Origin: a virus
Taxonomy: Duplodnaviria > Caudoviricetes
Virus record (IMG/VR): IMGVR_UViG_3300022719_000295
Coordinates: 1 to 24,099 of that record
Reading direction: 5' to 3' (one strand)
DNA length: 24,099 nt
The position numbers and the translations under genes were made by a program. The notes beneath the pieces were generated by a model. That model made no database searches. It worked only from the letters and a program-made list of their open reading frames with translations, and had not been told where the DNA came from. Below, one piece after another: positions 17,049 to 24,099 of this stretch; positions within the stretch are counted from its first letter, which is position 1, and each line of letters begins with the position of its first letter.

Positions 17049-17104
17049 TTCTACATCTCCTACTATCGGTATGATATAGTAGAAGTGTACTACTAATAGA
17101 CAGA

Positions 17105-17683
17105 TTACGCCAAAGAGTCTAGATACTCTCGACTATAAGCCCTGTTCAGCCACCCGCTGAGGAAAGCTTCCTCTCCTAGTCTACGGTAAAACCCAGCCGT
17201 CTCGCACATAAGCCCGCAAGTCACTGTAGCCTCATCACCACCGTTGATGGCGGCAAGGGTTTTCTGCCCCATAACCCCATCCTCTACCAGCCGGCGGCCC
17301 GTAGACGCCCTCAAGCTTCGCTGTAAGTTTACGACCGCTCTCCTCTGCCCCATATTCACAGCAAAATCAATTAGTTTAATTGCTACATCTCTATGCTGTA
17401 TCTGTTTATAGTGGTGTTTATCCCACCACGCCCGTCTATACACTTGGTGTGCGAGTCCTACGCTGATGAGTTTGATGTCGTCAGCATCTATATCCCCATC
17501 ACCATCTAAGTCCCCAACAATATCTGTGTCAGGCAAAGCCCGTCCAGTGAACTGTTTGAAGAAGCGTAAAGAGATACCGTATTTAGTAGCCCCACCAGGG
17601 TCTTTTGGGTTGTTCACATAGCCTCCCTCATGCGCCATAACCAAGCGAAAGGCTACATCAAAATAGTCAGTTCCTTGAGTCAT
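17105..17683 (-). CDS. Endolysin, glycoside hydrolase family 108 with C-terminal PG_binding_3-like domain
   Basis: HEGGYVNNPKDPGGATKYGIS, Y...WW, D.AVN.G, DG.MG.KTL.A and F..GWLNR. Confidence 0.93.
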   Translation of the reverse strand: MTQGTDYFDVAFRLVMAHEGGYVNNPKDPGGATKYGISLRFFKQFTGRALPDTDIVGDLDGDGDIDADDIKLISVGLAHQVYRRAWWDKHHYKQIQHRDVAIKLIDFAVNMGQRRAVVNLQRSLRASTGRRLVEDGVMGQKTLAAINGGDEATVTCGLMCETAGFYRRLGEEAFLSGWLNRAYSREYLDSLA

Positions 17684-17918
17684 CGTTCTTCGCTATACGG
17701 CCCAACATAGACAAGATTGGCACCATGTCCTCGTGTAGTTGGGCCATTTTCTCTGTAAGACGCTCCATGACTGCTAGCCGCTTCTCGTGGTCTACAGCAG
17801 TCTTTTCCAACTGGTTGAGGCGGCTTGTATGTTGAGTCATAATGGCTTGCTGCATAGACTTAAACTCGTGTTTTAAGTCTTGCAGTTCCGCTTCAATTGT
17901 ATCTGTATTACTCTTCAT
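17667..17918 (-). CDS. Small coiled-coil protein in the lysis region
   Basis: 83 aa heptad-rich sequence, coupled to both neighbours. Confidence 0.6.
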   Translation of the reverse strand: MKSNTDTIEAELQDLKHEFKSMQQAIMTQHTSRLNQLEKTAVDHEKRLAVMERLTEKMAQLHEDMVPILSMLGRIAKNDDSRN

Positions 17919-17919
17919 A

Positions 17920-18141
17920 TCAATTCGTCACCGTTAGCAGTTGAATGAGTTTTGTTAAAAATTCCGGTGCCACAACACCCCCACCAATCAATAACAACAA
18001 AATACGCCCACCTGTGGAGAGCATTTCATTCAAGCGCTTTATGGCCTCTGTCAGCTCCCAAGCGGACCTTCGCAAATCATCGTAATCGCGACGACCGTAA
18101 CCCTCTACCCTTCTTTCTTTTTCTGGTTCCACATCGGCCAT
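17920..18141 (-). CDS. Small protein with C-terminal TM segment in the lysis region
   Basis: 73 aa with a charged N-terminus and hydrophobic ILLLLIGGGVVAPEFL. GAGG upstream. Confidence 0.6.
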   Translation of the reverse strand: MADVEPEKERRVEGYGRRDYDDLRRSAWELTEAIKRLNEMLSTGGRILLLLIGGGVVAPEFLTKLIQLLTVTN

Positions 18142-18164
18142 TATACGGGTCTGGACCTCTAGAA

Positions 18165-18413
18165 CTAAACCCCCAGATGATTAACTACCTCAACGCCAAT
18201 GACGCCGCCTATGAAGAAAAAGAATAGGTCTAATGCACTACCAAAGCCCAAGCCAAATCCACGGTGTTGAATGAACTCACGTATCGTAGTCCCAATCATC
18301 AATAACAGGATAGCTACAAGTGGCCAGACCCCAAAATAAACCATCAACCCCGTTACAATGACGCCTACAACTAGGTGCGCGCTTTGATCAATTAACTGCT
18401 TGAATTTTTTAAT
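18165..18413 (-). CDS. Small multi-TM membrane protein; 5' end ambiguous
   Basis: The frame of the 18165-18347 ORF stays open up to a TGA at 18428-18426 and reads IKKFKQLIDQSAHLVVGVIVTGLMVYFGVW...REFIQH...SALDLFFFFIGG. The extension completes the first TM helix but contains no ATG/GTG/TTG; 18413 is an ATT. Confidence 0.6.
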   Translation of the reverse strand: MKKFKQLIDQSAHLVVGVIVTGLMVYFGVWPLVAILLLMIGTTIREFIQHRGFGLGFGSALDLFFFFIGGVIGVEVVNHLGV

Positions 18414-18676
18414 TTCTTCTGCCCCTCATCAACAGCTTGCAACAAGAAATTGTTCTTGGTCACTGCTGTAGCAAGTTTATCAAACGCAGCATTCGTCTCA
18501 AACGCCCGTGCTGCCGCCGAGCGGGTTGCGATAAAGGAGAGTACATGGACACAATCTTCTTTTATCTTAGTGTGTCCGCCCTCCAAAACCTCCATCTCAC
18601 CCCATAAGTGACATTCGCGCCCCATACACTTCCTCTTAGTGTATGGACATTTCCTTAACTCCGCCGTACTTACCAT
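18392..18676 (-). CDS. Small Cys-containing protein downstream of the tail fibre gene (possible fibre-associated or assembly factor)
   Basis: CPYTKRKCMGRECHLW...DCVH followed by a helical C-terminus. GAGG directly upstream. Confidence 0.7.
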   Translation of the reverse strand: MVSTAELRKCPYTKRKCMGRECHLWGEMEVLEGGHTKIKEDCVHVLSFIATRSAAARAFETNAAFDKLATAVTKNNFLLQAVDEGQKKLKNSSS

Positions 18677-18682
18677 CCTCTT

Positions 18683-19705
18683 TTAATCCTTCTCTGCAAC
18701 AATAAACTCGTTGTACCTCACATCCGGCACCACGCTGTGGCTGTGGCTGCCAGCACTTCCCGTGTTGCCTTCTAACGCTAAATCTACATCATCGCCTTCT
18801 CGCGACTGAATCCAACCGTCTCTAGCAACAAAAGGCTGATAAATACCCGACGAATCATCATTTCGCCCGTACTGTAACGGGGCCGTTAGTGTGCCGGCAG
18901 GGTGGGAATGTGAGCCGGCGCTGCTCGTATTTAGCCCTGAGCCGCTAAGGATTGTAATAGCGTTATTGGTACCACCATTACCCACTGTAGTACCAGTCGT
19001 TATAATCGGCAACGAGTCAGACAGTGCAGCCCCTGTCTGCCGAGTCCAACCGACGGGAATGTCGGCGTTGTTGTTGTTAAACATTAGGCGAGTGCCGGAT
19101 GGGAAGCCGTCAGTCGCTGGGTTTGTAAGGCCGCTAGAGTCCACACGGGCTATCTCGGTTAATGTCCCGTTGACCATGACAGAGAACACTATTTCTCCAT
19201 CCTCTGTACCGTCGGTTACATCCCCAATCTCCGTATGGATACGTCCGTATACAGTATCTGCCGAGGTGGAATCGTGGCCTATAAAGTCAATAGCCCCTAA
19301 GTTGTCGGAGTCGCTAGGGCTTGAGGATTTACGTAATAGGCTAAGCTTTGGGCCTATACTCGACCCAGCATCCTTGCTAAATAAAGTTAGTGTCGGGAGA
19401 CGCGCTGAGGCTGCGAACACACACGCTACGTCTTTGTCCGTGCCCCCCGTCCAATTGACAAGAGAACCGCCGTTGCTGGACGCGAGCACCGTGTCTCGTG
19501 ACAGTGTATCTGTTGCTGCGTCTGTCACTGTCCCAATACCTACTTCCCAGTCAGTGCCGTCTGAGATTAAATAAGTGGTCTCGTTACCAGTGCCAATTCC
19601 GTTAACAAAAGACTGGAAGCCGGACGCAGCACCATCAAGGTCTAAAGTGCCCGTACCATTTGTGGTACTAGTCTCTTTAACCCTATCCGCAATGACGAAA
19701 GACAT
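18683..19705 (-). CDS. Tail fibre / receptor-binding-type structural protein
   Basis: N-terminal module MSFVIADRVKETSTTNGTG.L.L.GA..GFQSF...WEVG.GT...LSR..VL.SSN, and collar-like C-terminus FPSGT.L.F.....P.GW with SAGSHSH repeats. Confidence 0.75.
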   Translation of the reverse strand: MSFVIADRVKETSTTNGTGTLDLDGAASGFQSFVNGIGTGNETTYLISDGTDWEVGIGTVTDAATDTLSRDTVLASSNGGSLVNWTGGTDKDVACVFAASARLPTLTLFSKDAGSSIGPKLSLLRKSSSPSDSDNLGAIDFIGHDSTSADTVYGRIHTEIGDVTDGTEDGEIVFSVMVNGTLTEIARVDSSGLTNPATDGFPSGTRLMFNNNNADIPVGWTRQTGAALSDSLPIITTGTTVGNGGTNNAITILSGSGLNTSSAGSHSHPAGTLTAPLQYGRNDDSSGIYQPFVARDGWIQSREGDDVDLALEGNTGSAGSHSHSVVPDVRYNEFIVAEKD

Positions 19706-20476
19706 TTAAATTCTCTCCTCCACTCGGTATTTCTGTTGGTATACATTGAAATTTGAGTGGGTAATTGGAAATGAGCTAGTGACTAGCCCAAATATAGATA
19801 TTTCGTGTAGAAGCGTATTCTGATCGTCCGGTACAACGAGAATATCTTGGTTAAGCCCATTCCTTCGGGCCAGTTCAAACGCATTCGTATACATCTCTGA
19901 CTGGTCCATGAAGGACAGTGTGAAGTCCATCACCCTAAATCTGTAGCCTACATCGATGTACGACTGACCACCACGCGATTTAGTGCGGCGGCTTGCATCT
20001 GCCCAAGTCATTCCCCAACCAAACTGCATCGCCTTCGTTGGTACCCACGTAGGGCCGATGAACACGCGGCCGGCGCGGAGGTTTAGCAGGGTATCGTCCG
20101 TAATGTTAATACGCCAATAGCGGGCGGACACGTCGTTGAAGACGTGATAAAAGTTTGGGTAATCATCATCTATCACATTGCTTAACGTGCCGCTGTCATA
20201 GACTTCTCCCGCAATACCCGTGTTGTCGCTAATACTCCCCCTAACCCGTAGGGTGGCAGCAGACGTAAGGTTTGTCCCTAACACACAGACAGCCCCAATA
20301 GGTTGGGAGGACCCTATGTCGGCTAGAATGTGGGTGCTAGTGACGCCCGTCTCGGAGAACCACTTCACTGGCATATGCGGGTCCCTCAAGTTCTGTGGGG
20401 GAAGGTTTGGGGTGCGCGACCCCGCTTCGATGATCGCATCATCAAACCTATTAACCCATGCCAATCGCATCGTCAT
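19706..20476 (-). CDS. Minor tail / tail-tip structural protein
   Basis: Start reassigned to ATG 20476 (ATGA overlap with the upstream gene). SARYWRI.I.D...GRVFIG..W.P....FGW...W.D.S....SRGG is typical of phage tail-tip components. Confidence 0.7.
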   Translation of the reverse strand: MTMRLAWVNRFDDAIIEAGSRTPNLPPQNLRDPHMPVKWFSETGVTSTHILADIGSSQPIGAVCVLGTNLTSAATLRVRGSISDNTGIAGEVYDSGTLSNVIDDDYPNFYHVFNDVSARYWRINITDDTLLNLRAGRVFIGPTWVPTKAMQFGWGMTWADASRRTKSRGGQSYIDVGYRFRVMDFTLSFMDQSEMYTNAFELARRNGLNQDILVVPDDQNTLLHEISIFGLVTSSFPITHSNFNVYQQKYRVEERI

Positions 20477-21990
20477 ACAAACACCGTCATCGCCATTTCG
20501 TGTCTCTCCGCATCCTCTGTCAGTGCTACCACACGACCCTTTCTGCCGTTTGTTAGCTCCCACCGAGGATACTGGATGAACACTACATCGCCTATAGCAA
20601 CATCAAAGACATTTATTTTCGCTACTATTTCATACAGGTAATGCTGTTCGCTAAACAAATCCAGTAGTCTCTGCGCCTCCTGCTGGGCATCGGCTTGAGA
20701 GTCATAAAGAGAAAAAAACGGATCAGGGTCATCGGCCAGTTTAAACCGATTCTTCACCGTAAGGTCTGTAGCAACCGCAACCCTAAAAGGCTCCACAGCA
20801 AATTGTCGCTGACCAACGGAGCTACCGCCCGCCAGGTCCTCCTGCACCGTGTAGTTCACTTTGTACGTCACCTGAGAGCGGAAAATAGGCGGGTTGCCTA
20901 CAGTAGGCAGAGCATCGCGGCGGATGGAGATAATGTCTGTCTCTTTGAAGTCATGCTTAATTACGTCTCCTGAAACGTTCGGATCCTTAAATACACCTAC
21001 GGTGAATTTACCGTCGCGGTTAAAGAATCCATAGGCTCCTATGCTTATGAGCAACTGATCTACCACATCGAATATCTGTCGCTGGTCCGGACCTACCCAA
21101 ATACCAATAACCCCCGTGCTATCTGCATTCATTTTATCAAACGTCGTTGTATTTAGCTGGGTGCTGGTTAGGTTGGCCTGGTTCAATAAGATTCGCTCGA
21201 CAATCTCCCCAGTCTTCGTGATGAAGCTAGAGCTAGCATCTCCCTCTACATCCGCTGTTATAGTACCGTCCGGTGCCCCTCCCAATTTAAACACCCCTGA
21301 GGCTTCGGTTGGGTGGAATTCGCCTAGTCCAGGGGAGGTTGATGCGGTTTTACTCAGTTCGACACCCCTATCGTATACGGCGGTTATGTTGTTAACTTGC
21401 CCATCGTGCACTTGGTACACAAGGTTAACCGCATCGACTAGCACAGCAGAGACGTTGCGAACGACGCCATAAGCTAGCGGCTTGGGCTTACCCTCTAAAT
21501 CCTCGCCTCCCTCCTCACCGCCACTCCCAGCGTAGGTGTTGGGTTGTATCGGGAGTTCAAACTCACGTATACGGTCCCGTATGTTTAGCAATATGCGGTC
21601 TTCATCAACAACCAAATCCTCTAACACCCCCTTGAATATAGAGCCAAACTGGGTTGTAGCAAACGTGGACTCGCCTAGCGATACAGATATATCACGCCCA
21701 TCAAATGCGTGACTAACAGCAAAGTTATCCAACTTTCCATCTCCATTAGCCAACGCGATCTCACCACTAGCCACAGAGATGCCGGCTAGGCGGTCGCCAT
21801 TGATGATAGAGCGATCAAACTGTAGAGGCTGTAAAACCCGTGGGTCATATAGGGTCTGAGAGGGTGTATCAGCAGTGCTAGTGACAAAGCCAAAGCGACT
21901 AAAAAAGAAACTTGCTAAAGCACTCTCAAATTGGTCTGAAGACCTAATAGTGGCAAAAGGCAGCTCTGAGAAAGGGGTATATCCAAACAT
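20473..21990 (-). CDS. Tail-tip / baseplate hub-like protein
   Basis: G.I.LAN.DG.LD, FDGR, YAG.GG.EG..DL.GKPKP.AYG.V.NV..VLVD..NL.YQ.HDG and a C-terminal IGDVV...YPR..L..G..G.V motif. Located two genes after the tape measure gene's neighbour. Confidence 0.75.
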   Translation of the reverse strand: MFGYTPFSELPFATIRSSDQFESALASFFFSRFGFVTSTADTPSQTLYDPRVLQPLQFDRSIINGDRLAGISVASGEIALANGDGKLDNFAVSHAFDGRDISVSLGESTFATTQFGSIFKGVLEDLVVDEDRILLNIRDRIREFELPIQPNTYAGSGGEEGGEDLEGKPKPLAYGVVRNVSAVLVDAVNLVYQVHDGQVNNITAVYDRGVELSKTASTSPGLGEFHPTEASGVFKLGGAPDGTITADVEGDASSSFITKTGEIVERILLNQANLTSTQLNTTTFDKMNADSTGVIGIWVGPDQRQIFDVVDQLLISIGAYGFFNRDGKFTVGVFKDPNVSGDVIKHDFKETDIISIRRDALPTVGNPPIFRSQVTYKVNYTVQEDLAGGSSVGQRQFAVEPFRVAVATDLTVKNRFKLADDPDPFFSLYDSQADAQQEAQRLLDLFSEQHYLYEIVAKINVFDVAIGDVVFIQYPRWELTNGRKGRVVALTEDAERHEMAMTVFV

Positions 21991-21991
21991 A

Positions 21992-23065
21992 TCAGGACAG
22001 TTTAAATGGTCTGATTACTATTAGGTATTCTCTTCTAGCTGTCTTCTTTTTCAGCAGTTCATCAAAGACAGAGGTGAACTCATTATCATCAAACCCAATA
22101 ATAGGGGCAAGATCTTGGGTATGTAGTATGTTCTCAGGACTAAAGTTTTGCTGTTGGTCAATAGAGACGGACTGAAGGGACTGCGCTTGAGTAAGGTCCT
22201 CTACATTGCTTACCTCAATCGTTGTCGCTGCTAACTGCTGCCCTTGTGATAGGTCAATGGGGCTTAATACATGCGAGTCCCCAAACTCTATCTGCGCTGC
22301 GTTGCAAAACCCAGAATCAGGGCCTGAGGTCTTAAGAGCGCGCACACGGTAATCTAGGGTATCTCCGTTTGAGTACCCAGAGGTGTCTGTGTATGAGGTA
22401 GTGTTAGCGGGAAGCGACGAGGTTAGCACAGAGAAGCTGCCGCCATTAACAGACACACTTACCTCATAGTTATCCTCATCCGTAGCATTGTCTGTCCACG
22501 TTACATCTACATCAGCCCCGTCTTGAGTAGCAGAACAATTAGTTGGGTCGGCGGGCGGGGTCGTAAAGAAGACCCGCATCTGCACATAATCAACTGCTGC
22601 AACTACGCCATTAGCGCCACCGCTATATTCCGCCTCAATCCCCCAACCATAAGAGGAACTGTTAACAATAGACGGGGTGATCGAACCAAACCCCATAAGG
22701 TTGGACGATCCACCATAAGTAACTAACTCAAAAGATCCTCCAGTTGCCCACTGACTGCTATTGGATTGGTTAGTACCCTCATAAGCCCCACTGTGTACCT
22801 GCTGTTCTTTTACCTCAGTTGCACTACCAAGCGAGCTGCCCCTTTCATACCGAGCCTGCACACCATCAATAGTGGCGTTGGAAGGGACAGAAAAACCAAA
22901 ATTACGGCCTAGTAAAGTATCAGAGGTCCCATTAAGAGGTATAAAATTACTGGAGGTATTACCGTCGTTAGCAAAGATGTTCCCGGTATTTGTCCAAGAA
23001 CTATCCCCCGTAGTGGGCGTGCCGCTAACGGCGGTACCAGGGAACGTCCAACCAGTATCAGCCAC
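21992..23065 (-). CDS. Minor tail protein with a beta-sandwich N-domain and a fibronectin type III domain
   Basis: Ser/Thr/Gly-rich. Fn3 pattern PADPTNCSA...VTWTDNATDE..YEV......LPANTTSYTD......YRVRA. GTG start with GAGGGG upstream. Confidence 0.75.
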   Translation of the reverse strand: MADTGWTFPGTAVSGTPTTGDSSWTNTGNIFANDGNTSSNFIPLNGTSDTLLGRNFGFSVPSNATIDGVQARYERGSSLGSATEVKEQQVHSGAYEGTNQSNSSQWATGGSFELVTYGGSSNLMGFGSITPSIVNSSSYGWGIEAEYSGGANGVVAAVDYVQMRVFFTTPPADPTNCSATQDGADVDVTWTDNATDEDNYEVSVSVNGGSFSVLTSSLPANTTSYTDTSGYSNGDTLDYRVRALKTSGPDSGFCNAAQIEFGDSHVLSPIDLSQGQQLAATTIEVSNVEDLTQAQSLQSVSIDQQQNFSPENILHTQDLAPIIGFDDNEFTSVFDELLKKKTARREYLIVIRPFKLS

Positions 23066-23082
23066 TTACCGCACCCCTCAGC

Positions 23083-23532
23083 TTACACAAGCGTTGCTAA
23101 TACGTTGTCAATCTCCGCCCTCAGCTGCTCCGTTGCCTTACTATCAAAGGCGCGTGTGTCAACCGAGCCGTTGTTGAGCTTTTGAATGAGCAACCAGCCA
23201 TCAGCGTCTTGAGGGAAGTTGGCCTCAACCCAATCAACCAGCGTTTGGCAAGCATTAACAAAATCAACAGCAGCGGCCTCAATGTCAAAGTCAGTATTTC
23301 CTAACTCCTCGCGCAGCCGCTTGTTTACCTGGCTAGCGGCGGCTCGTAAGGCATTTGCCTCCCGTATGACCTGGAAGACCGTCGTGTAGAGCTCAAGAAT
23401 CTGGTTTGCAGACACGCTCCTCGATTCCATCACGCTCTTAGCCTCGGTTAAGTAAGATTGCAGTGTGCGGGCATTGCTGAAGAAGGTCTCAATTCTTCGA
23501 CTAAGGCGTTGTTCGCTTACTGGTATAGCCAT
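23083..23532 (-). CDS. Hypothetical helical protein in the tail module
   Basis: 149-aa ORF with a strong SD (AAGGAG), between the tape measure gene and minor tail genes. Confidence 0.75.
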   Translation of the reverse strand: MAIPVSEQRLSRRIETFFSNARTLQSYLTEAKSVMESRSVSANQILELYTTVFQVIREANALRAAASQVNKRLREELGNTDFDIEAAAVDFVNACQTLVDWVEANFPQDADGWLLIQKLNNGSVDTRAFDSKATEQLRAEIDNVLATLV

Positions 23533-23548
23533 ATAAAGTCTCCTTAAA

Positions 23549-24097
23549 TTATCTGCGCTTAGCGATCTCTCGGCGGACCGCCTTCAGGTCATCACTGAGG
23601 GTCTTTTGCATCTCCCGCAACGCAGCAATTTGCTGTTCGCTAGTCTCTCTAACTGCATTGCCCAATTCAAAATCAATGCCCTCTGCCAACTCCTGCTGGC
23701 TGCCGATAACCTGGTCGAGTGTACCCTGTACGACATTGAAGAAACTAGCAAACTCGGGGCCGCTGGCGAAGACGTCTCTACCGATTCCCACAGCATCGCG
23801 GGCAATCCCAGGGAACTGCTTAATAGCCTCTATATCCCCAGACAACGCCGCCTGTGCCACCTTGTTAAACTGATCGCGCGCCGCCTGGAACTTTGGTACC
23901 GGCGCTAACGGGGAGAGACTGCCAAAGCTTAGGTCCTCACGCAGCTTAAACAACTGATCGATGTTAAGCAGGCGCTTAGCCTCTTCAACTATTCCACCCA
24001 TAGCGCTGATTATTTGCGATTCCAAATCAGACAACGCCCGCAGCTCCGCCTCGTTAATAGACTGGATAGACAGGCCCAATGCAAGGGCACGCTCTCG
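23549..24097 (-). CDS. C-terminal part of the tail tape-measure protein, truncated by the window edge
   Basis: Frame is open to the edge. Ala/Gln/Leu-rich helical sequence with GSLSPLAP..KF.AAR.QF...A.SGD..A....ASG..FA..F, which I recognise as a tape-measure C-terminal motif. Confidence 0.7.
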   Translation of the reverse strand, partial: RERALALGLSIQSINEAELRALSDLESQIISAMGGIVEEAKRLLNIDQLFKLREDLSFGSLSPLAPVPKFQAARDQFNKVAQAALSGDIEAIKQFPGIARDAVGIGRDVFASGPEFASFFNVVQGTLDQVIGSQQELAEGIDFELGNAVRETSEQQIAALREMQKTLSDDLKAVRREIAKRR

Positions 24098-24099
24098 CA

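Noticed and set aside
20477-20563. N-terminal extension of ORF 19706-20563
   Set aside because: It lies within the upstream hub gene. ATG 20476 gives a standard ATGA coupling.
22000-22006. TTTAAAC -1 slippery heptamer (- strand) near the end of the Fn3 gene
   Set aside because: It is phased TTT AAA C in the translated frame rather than T TTA AAC, and the downstream gene requires a +1 shift, not -1.
1-24099. tRNAs, introns, inteins, homing endonucleases or stop-codon reassignment
   Set aside because: Intergenic gaps are under about 100 nt with no cloverleaf seen. polA, recA and nrdJ are uninterrupted and of normal length, and genes read intact in the standard code.

Overview
This window is part of a tailed dsDNA phage genome, probably infecting a Gram-negative host (GH108 endolysin plus spanin-like genes). 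It has two convergent, tightly packed arms that meet near 14.4 kb. The + arm (1-14429) is a replication, recombination and nucleotide-metabolism operon: the 3' end of a DNA methyltransferase, a DnaN-like beta clamp, a family-4 UDG domain fused to a family A DNA polymerase, a MazG-like pyrophosphatase, a DnaX-like clamp loader, a UvsY-like protein, a gp32-like SSB, RecA/UvsX, a Holliday junction resolvase, Mre11/Rad50 (SbcDC), a DUF6378-like protein, an HD nucleotidase and a class II RNR. The - arm (14410-24099) is the end of the late operon: tape-measure C-terminus, tail-tip and fibre genes, an unusually gene-rich lysis region and an HTH-metallophosphoesterase. The most notable points are (1) a hybrid replisome pairing a UDG-PolA fusion with a Pol III-type clamp and loader, (2) two gene junctions that look like possible ribosomal frameshift sites (21990 and 18410), and (3) a spanin-like lipoprotein that also has a hydrophobic C-terminus. 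All family calls come from motif recognition by eye; no searches were run.
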